Under the pieces are notes generated by a model. It was not told the origin of the DNA. It did not search any database and saw nothing but the letters and a program-made list of their open reading frames with translations. Of a stretch of DNA of 42,220 nucleotides, positions 37,755 through 42,220 are shown piece after piece. The stretch is from Candidatus Parcubacteria bacterium (GTDB taxonomy: Bacteria > Patescibacteriota > Minisyncoccia > Minisyncoccales > JAGMDC01). The stretch covers positions 1-42,220 of the forward strand of contig JAGMDC010000007.1 in the NCBI GenBank assembly GCA_023128895.1. The letters are read 5' to 3'. The position numbers and the translations under genes were made by a program. Each line of letters opens with the position of its first letter. Within the stretch, counting starts at the first letter, position 1.

Positions 37755-38875
37755 ATTCCCTTAATGGGCATTACTACATAAAGGTAATTTTCATCTCCTT
37801 TTGGCTTTAATATTGCGGGGCCTTCTTCGCTGCTCAATTTTATAACCACTTCAGAACTGCTAAGATGCGCGAGCCCGTCTAATAAATACTTCCAATTAAA
37901 GGAAATTATCATATCTTTCCCTTTTATTTTTGATTTAAGAATAGATTGATTTTCCCCTAATTCCGTGTTTTGTGAAAAAATTTCCATTTCTTGTTCTTTT
38001 TCTTTTACTTTTATTTTCACTTCATTTGTATTTCCTGAAAATAAAGAGGCAGTTTTAATTTGATTTAAAAATTCATCTCTTGAAACAATAATTTCTGTTT
38101 TATATTCTTTCGGAATAATTTCCTGATAATTTGGATATTGCCCTTCTATTAAACGGGAAATAATTTGAATTCTTGGTTTTGAAATTTCTAAAAACGGTTC
38201 TTCAAATAAAACCTGATTAGAAGAAAAATATACTTTCATTTTTGTGTTTTTCTGGGAAAAAATATTCACAACAGTATGCGCTGTTTTTTGAGGAAGTATA
38301 AAAGAATTATTTTTTTGTATCTCTTTTTCAAAATAAAGAATTTTTTCAGCCAAACGGAAACTGTCCGTGCTTGCTAAATTTACTTTATTTTTTTGGAAAT
38401 TAAAATATATTCCTGAAAATTCCGGTTTAGTTTGATTAAGTGTTGTAAAATCAACTACTTGGGATATTCCCTGCGAAAAAGGAGAACTATTTATTTCAAT
38501 AAAATTTTCTGTTTCTATTTTTGGGATAATAGGAAAATCTTCTACTGAATCCCCTTTTATTTGAGTTTTGTAATTTTTACACTCAATATACAGCGCTTTA
38601 TTTTTAACCTCTAATTGGATTTTTTCATCCGGGAGTGAACTAATAAAACTGTATAAAAATTTTGCCGGAACAGTTATTCCTCCTTGTTTTTCAACTTTAC
38701 ATAAAGCCCAATAATTTATTCCTATTTCCAAATCAGTTCCTGATAATTTTAATAAATTTTCCTCTGTGGAAATTAAAATATTATTTAATATAGGTAAAGT
38801 TAAATTTCTTCCTATTATTTTTTCTATAATCTCCAAACCTTTTTTTAAATTTTCTTTTAGAATTATTATTTTCAT
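37751..38875 (-). CDS. dnaN: DNA polymerase III beta clamp
   Basis: LPIL.NIL, TDLE, STDSFRL, RLIEG.YPNY, YVVMP; downstream of dnaA. Confidence 0.96.
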   Translation of the reverse strand: MKIIILKENLKKGLEIIEKIIGRNLTLPILNNILISTEENLLKLSGTDLEIGINYWALCKVEKQGGITVPAKFLYSFISSLPDEKIQLEVKNKALYIECKNYKTQIKGDSVEDFPIIPKIETENFIEINSSPFSQGISQVVDFTTLNQTKPEFSGIYFNFQKNKVNLASTDSFRLAEKILYFEKEIQKNNSFILPQKTAHTVVNIFSQKNTKMKVYFSSNQVLFEEPFLEISKPRIQIISRLIEGQYPNYQEIIPKEYKTEIIVSRDEFLNQIKTASLFSGNTNEVKIKVKEKEQEMEIFSQNTELGENQSILKSKIKGKDMIISFNWKYLLDGLAHLSSSEVVIKLSSEEGPAILKPKGDENYLYVVMPIKGI

Positions 38876-39121
38876 TTTTTATATTTTTCCCCTCACTCTT
38901 AATTATAATAAATTAATATATTATATTTATTATAATTATTATGAAAGTATTATTTTATATTTTTATTCTTATTTAAGATTGAATGAATTGTGGATAAATA
39001 TGTGAAGAGAATATTTAATAATTTGTTAATAATTTTATTATTTTATAGTTATATATTTTTATAGTTATTTTATCTATATTGTTATCCTCTTTTAATCCCC
39101 ATTTTATTCCCATATTTTTCC
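38876..39121. other. Probable replication origin oriC
   Basis: Very AT-rich dnaA-dnaN intergenic region; perfect DnaA box 38989-97, degenerate boxes at 39024-32 and about 39104-12; AT tract towards dnaN. Confidence 0.75.
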
Positions 39122-40477
39122 TTACGACTGGTAGTATAATCTTTGTTTTATTATATTAATTTCTTCATTTAATGTCTCATTTTCTTGTATTTCTTTTGAG
39201 ATTTTTGAGCAAGCGTATATTGTTGTTGTATGGTCTTTGCCTTGGAATTTTCTGCCAATAAAAGGAAATGAACATTTTAATAAATCCCTTAGAAGATACA
39301 TTGCTATTTGCCTTGGTTTTACAATTTCTTTTTTTCTAGTTGAAAGAAAAAGGTCTTTTTCTTTCAAATCATAAAAATTTGCCACAATAGTTATTATTTT
39401 TTTAGGATTAATTGGTTTTTGCGGCGCTAAAATTATATTTTTCAAGATTTTTTTAATTACATTAAGGTCAATATCTTGATTGCTTATTTTTTTATGAATA
39501 GCAATTTTATTTATCGCGCCTTCTAATTCACGGATATTTTTTTGAATATTTTCGGCAACATATTCCAATACTTCGTCAGATAAATCAATTTTTCTTTCTT
39601 TTGTTTTTACTTTTAATATAGCGATTCTTGTTTCAATATCGGGAATTCCCACATCAACAATCATTCCGCCTTCAAATCTTGACCTTAACCGTTCTTCCAT
39701 AGAGGGAATTGCTTTTGGCAATCTGTCTGAAGAAATAATCATTTGCTTGTTGTTTTGGTATAAAGTGTTGAAAATATGGAAAAATTCTTCCTGGGTTTTC
39801 TCTTTTCCAGCCAGAAATTGTATGTCATCAATTATTAAAACATCAGTTTTTTTGAAATCATTTTTGAAATTTTCAATATTATGCTCTCTTATAGAATTTA
39901 CCACTCCGGAAATGAATTTTTCAGAAGAAATATATTTTATTCTTTTTTTAGGGAATTTTTTATTAACTTCATTCCCTATTGCCTGAATAAGATGCGTCTT
40001 ACCCAAGCCAACGCCGCCGTACACAAACAAAGGATTATAGACCAATCCAGGTTTTTTACAAATAGCCTGCGCCGCGGCGTGCGGAAGTTCGTTAAAAGAT
40101 CCGACCACAAAATTTTCAAAAATATAGCGCGGATTTAAGTTGGTTTCTTTATTTATCTTGAATTCCTGGAAGTCTAATTGGTTTTCGTTAAATACGTTTT
40201 GCTGGGGAATCTCTTTTTTGGTTTCAAGGACTGTCTTCGCGATGTCATATTTGATTTCCTTAATTTCTTGGTCTAAATCGCGCAGAATTTTTAAAATAGA
40301 TTTATTGTATTTATTTTCCAACCATTCTTTGGAAAAATTATTTGGTACAGAAACAATAACTTTCTCTCCTGTTTTATCTAAAATTTTAGTGTTCTTAAAC
40401 CAGGTGGCGAAATTTGCAGGAGACATATTAAATTGGACCTGGGCAAGCACTGCCTGCCATAATTCTTCCTTAGTCAT
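39122..40477 (-). CDS. dnaA: Chromosomal replication initiator DnaA
   Basis: FATWF, YNPLFVYGGVGLGKTHL, IIDDIQF, QEEFFH, RLRSRF, KDHTT; start MTKEELW preferred (40486 and 40513 possible). Confidence 0.97.
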   Translation of the reverse strand: MTKEELWQAVLAQVQFNMSPANFATWFKNTKILDKTGEKVIVSVPNNFSKEWLENKYNKSILKILRDLDQEIKEIKYDIAKTVLETKKEIPQQNVFNENQLDFQEFKINKETNLNPRYIFENFVVGSFNELPHAAAQAICKKPGLVYNPLFVYGGVGLGKTHLIQAIGNEVNKKFPKKRIKYISSEKFISGVVNSIREHNIENFKNDFKKTDVLIIDDIQFLAGKEKTQEEFFHIFNTLYQNNKQMIISSDRLPKAIPSMEERLRSRFEGGMIVDVGIPDIETRIAILKVKTKERKIDLSDEVLEYVAENIQKNIRELEGAINKIAIHKKISNQDIDLNVIKKILKNIILAPQKPINPKKIITIVANFYDLKEKDLFLSTRKKEIVKPRQIAMYLLRDLLKCSFPFIGRKFQGKDHTTTIYACSKISKEIQENETLNEEINIIKQRLYYQS

Positions 40478-40536
40478 TAGTGCCATTATATCATTTCCAA
40501 GAGACAATGGCAAAATAAATACAAGGCAGATAAATA

Positions 40537-40556
40537 TGTTAATAACCTGTGGAAAA
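40537..40556 (-). promoter_or_regulatory. Degenerate DnaA boxes upstream of dnaA (autoregulation)
   Basis: TGTTAATAA 40537-45, TGTGGAAAA 40548-56. Confidence 0.5.
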
Positions 40557-40626
40557 CCTGTGAGAATAATTTTTTACTTTCAAATTTTTTTTCAAACATA
40601 ATTTTTGAAGCAGGACCTTAAAAATC

Positions 40627-40655
40627 TTGAAAATTTAGGGATTTGCTGATATTAT
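40627..40655 (+). promoter_or_regulatory. Promoter, probably leaderless
   Basis: TTGAAA, 17 nt, TGaTATTAT; ATG follows after 6 nt. Confidence 0.6.
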
Positions 40656-40661
40656 GAAATA

Positions 40662-41111
40662 ATGCTGTCAAGTCTTAAAAATTCTTCTATACTAGCGCTT
40701 GCTGTGTCGTTTGCCGCGGTTTTTTTATTGGTTTGGGGTCTGAGCTGGCAGTATCATAAAATAGCAGAGCAAAATCAAGGGAAAATTGAAACAATTGAGC
40801 AAATAATGGAAAAAAATTCAGCAAAAGAGATGTTGAACAAATTTATGGACGCGCGTATTGTTAAACAAGAAGACCAGGCAAAAATTTATTTCACTGAAAA
40901 CGCGATGGAACAATATATCCAGAATAAATTTGTTTTAATAAACGATTTCAAAAGTTTTAAAATATCAAATACAGAGAGATTAGAGGATGAAAAATTTAGA
41001 TTTGTTGTTAAAATTCAAGAAAACAATAATATTAATGAGGTAATTGAAATAATTGCTATTATTAAAATTTCAGACCAATACTACATCAATTCTGTAGAAA
41101 TCGCTGGATGA
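40662..41111 (+). CDS. Hypothetical membrane-anchored protein
   Basis: Single N-terminal TM, alpha/beta soluble domain; promoter and terminator present. Confidence 0.75.
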   Translation: MLSSLKNSSILALAVSFAAVFLLVWGLSWQYHKIAEQNQGKIETIEQIMEKNSAKEMLNKFMDARIVKQEDQAKIYFTENAMEQYIQNKFVLINDFKSFKISNTERLEDEKFRFVVKIQENNNINEVIEIIAIIKISDQYYINSVEIAG

Positions 41112-41146
41112 CGCGAATTAAGAATTAAGAAAAAACCGGGAAATTA

Positions 41147-41175
41147 AAAAATCGGAAGTTCGTTTTCCGATTTTT
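41147..41175. terminator. Bidirectional terminator
   Basis: AAAAATCGGAA-gttcgtt-TTCCGATTTTT. Confidence 0.75.
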
Positions 41176-41226
41176 AGTTTGTAAAAGAAAAAAAAATTCC
41201 TAATTTGATTGTGGCGCTAAACCAAA

Positions 41227-42135
41227 TCAGGATATTTTTAGGATATGTGAGAAAAAGGTAGCTAGAACTGCTTTCAATATGCAAAACAGAAAAATAATGT
41301 TATCAGAAGTTTTTGCGTAATTTTTTCTCAAATAATAATCGTCTTTTACTATGCGTCCAAGATAAAATTCGTATTTGGCGAGAAGTATTTCAAACGCTAT
41401 TTTGTGCCGCAATAAATGAGGATTTTTGTAGAAATCATTTTTTGTGATAGCAAATTGCGACTTTGCAAAGGATATTTTGCCCTTGACCCACTTTCTGAAA
41501 TTAGGACTATTTATCTCTGTCTTCAGCGAGTTCGCTATGCCAAATTTTTCCATATCTTCTTTACTGATATTGATAATTCCAACATTGAGGTCTGAAATAA
41601 AGTCCCTTAAAGTATGGCTCCATTTTGAGCCTATGCCTCCTTGGAACTTTATAACATTATTGCTTAGGCCGCAAAAATAATTGAAAACTTTTATGCAGTT
41701 TTTGGCTTCAATTTCAAAATAATAATTCAAGTTTTTCTCTGTTTGAATTGTCTCTTTTCTCCCTAAATCCTGTTTAATGCAAAAAAGTATTTCATAAATC
41801 GTTTTCAATAATTTGTTGTTTAACGGCGTTAAAAACAATTCTCCGTATTCTAAATTTTTGAATTCATTCGAGTTGTTTGTCTTTTGATATGTTTGAGCCG
41901 CTTGGACTAAATTTATTTGTCTTTTCAAAAATTCTGTTTTTCTTTTTTCGGGATATTCTATATTTATAGAATCAATAATGTCATCCACCCAACGAAGATA
42001 CGAATACCAGCAAAAGAAATACTTTTTTGTACTTTTTCCAAAAAACAATCGCGCCACCCAAAACGTAAATTTACTTTTTTTTGTTATTTTTTCTGCCTTC
42101 CGAAATAATTCCTTTTTTGGATTTTTTTTCATCAT
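41227..42135 (-). CDS. Squalene/phytoene synthase-like (class 1 isoprenoid synthase fold) protein
   Basis: YSYLRWVDDIID (DDxxD) and HTLRDFISDL..G.I.I (second Asp motif); SD AGGAG. Confidence 0.7.
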   Translation of the reverse strand: MMKKNPKKELFRKAEKITKKSKFTFWVARLFFGKSTKKYFFCWYSYLRWVDDIIDSINIEYPEKRKTEFLKRQINLVQAAQTYQKTNNSNEFKNLEYGELFLTPLNNKLLKTIYEILFCIKQDLGRKETIQTEKNLNYYFEIEAKNCIKVFNYFCGLSNNVIKFQGGIGSKWSHTLRDFISDLNVGIINISKEDMEKFGIANSLKTEINSPNFRKWVKGKISFAKSQFAITKNDFYKNPHLLRHKIAFEILLAKYEFYLGRIVKDDYYLRKNYAKTSDNIIFLFCILKAVLATFFSHILKIS

Positions 42136-42220
42136 TCTCTCCTTTTTTTATTTAATTTGATATGTACTATATGCCAATATTACTTTTCTATTCCCAAAAG
42201 TCAACAGTATGTACTGGTCC

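Noticed and set aside
943-42160. Many 60-230 aa antisense or alternate-frame ORFs in the track (e.g. 33002-33691, 16228-16764, 40140-40601)
   Set aside because: They lie within well-supported genes and have no motifs of their own
1-42220. Alternative genetic code (UGA=Gly, code 25)
   Set aside because: Conserved genes are full length under code 11 and several end at TGA (ligA, clpP, pilB)

Overview
An AT-rich bacterial chromosome segment around the replication origin. Gene content and style point to Patescibacteria/CPR, probably Parcubacteria (inference): mostly SD-less starts, CPR-type pilins, and a CPR-type PrgI/VirB4/VirB6/VirB2 locus. TGA is used as stop, so code 11. Left to right: archaeal-type valS, gyrA, two minor type IV pilins, ligA, rodA, and a GNAT cassette flanked by a duplicated rodA 3' end. 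Next is a ~14.5 kb type IV secretion-like locus (VirB6-like, PrgI, TraC-N-like, VirB4, and three VirB2-like pilins fused to Cys-rich or beta/gamma-crystallin-like domains), interrupted by an antisense SPFH gene. Then a rearranged rpmH-rnpA-yidD-nusA-clpP-yidC-jag operon, a CofE-like ligase plus murJ, tRNA-Gly and tRNA-Pro, a kinase/receiver/PilB operon, two tandem-duplicated major pilins, an unannotated 41-aa acidic peptide gene, a class A PBP, dnaN, oriC, dnaA, and a squalene/phytoene synthase-like gene. Best leads: (1) the pilin-adhesin fusion array, in which one gene appears split by a 2-kb insert with its old C-terminus now ending the next gene; (2) a dispersed AGCGAG-hairpin-GAGCRA element present four times; (3) DnaA boxes at T4SS and pilin promoters. 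All calls come from reading motifs by eye; no searches were run.
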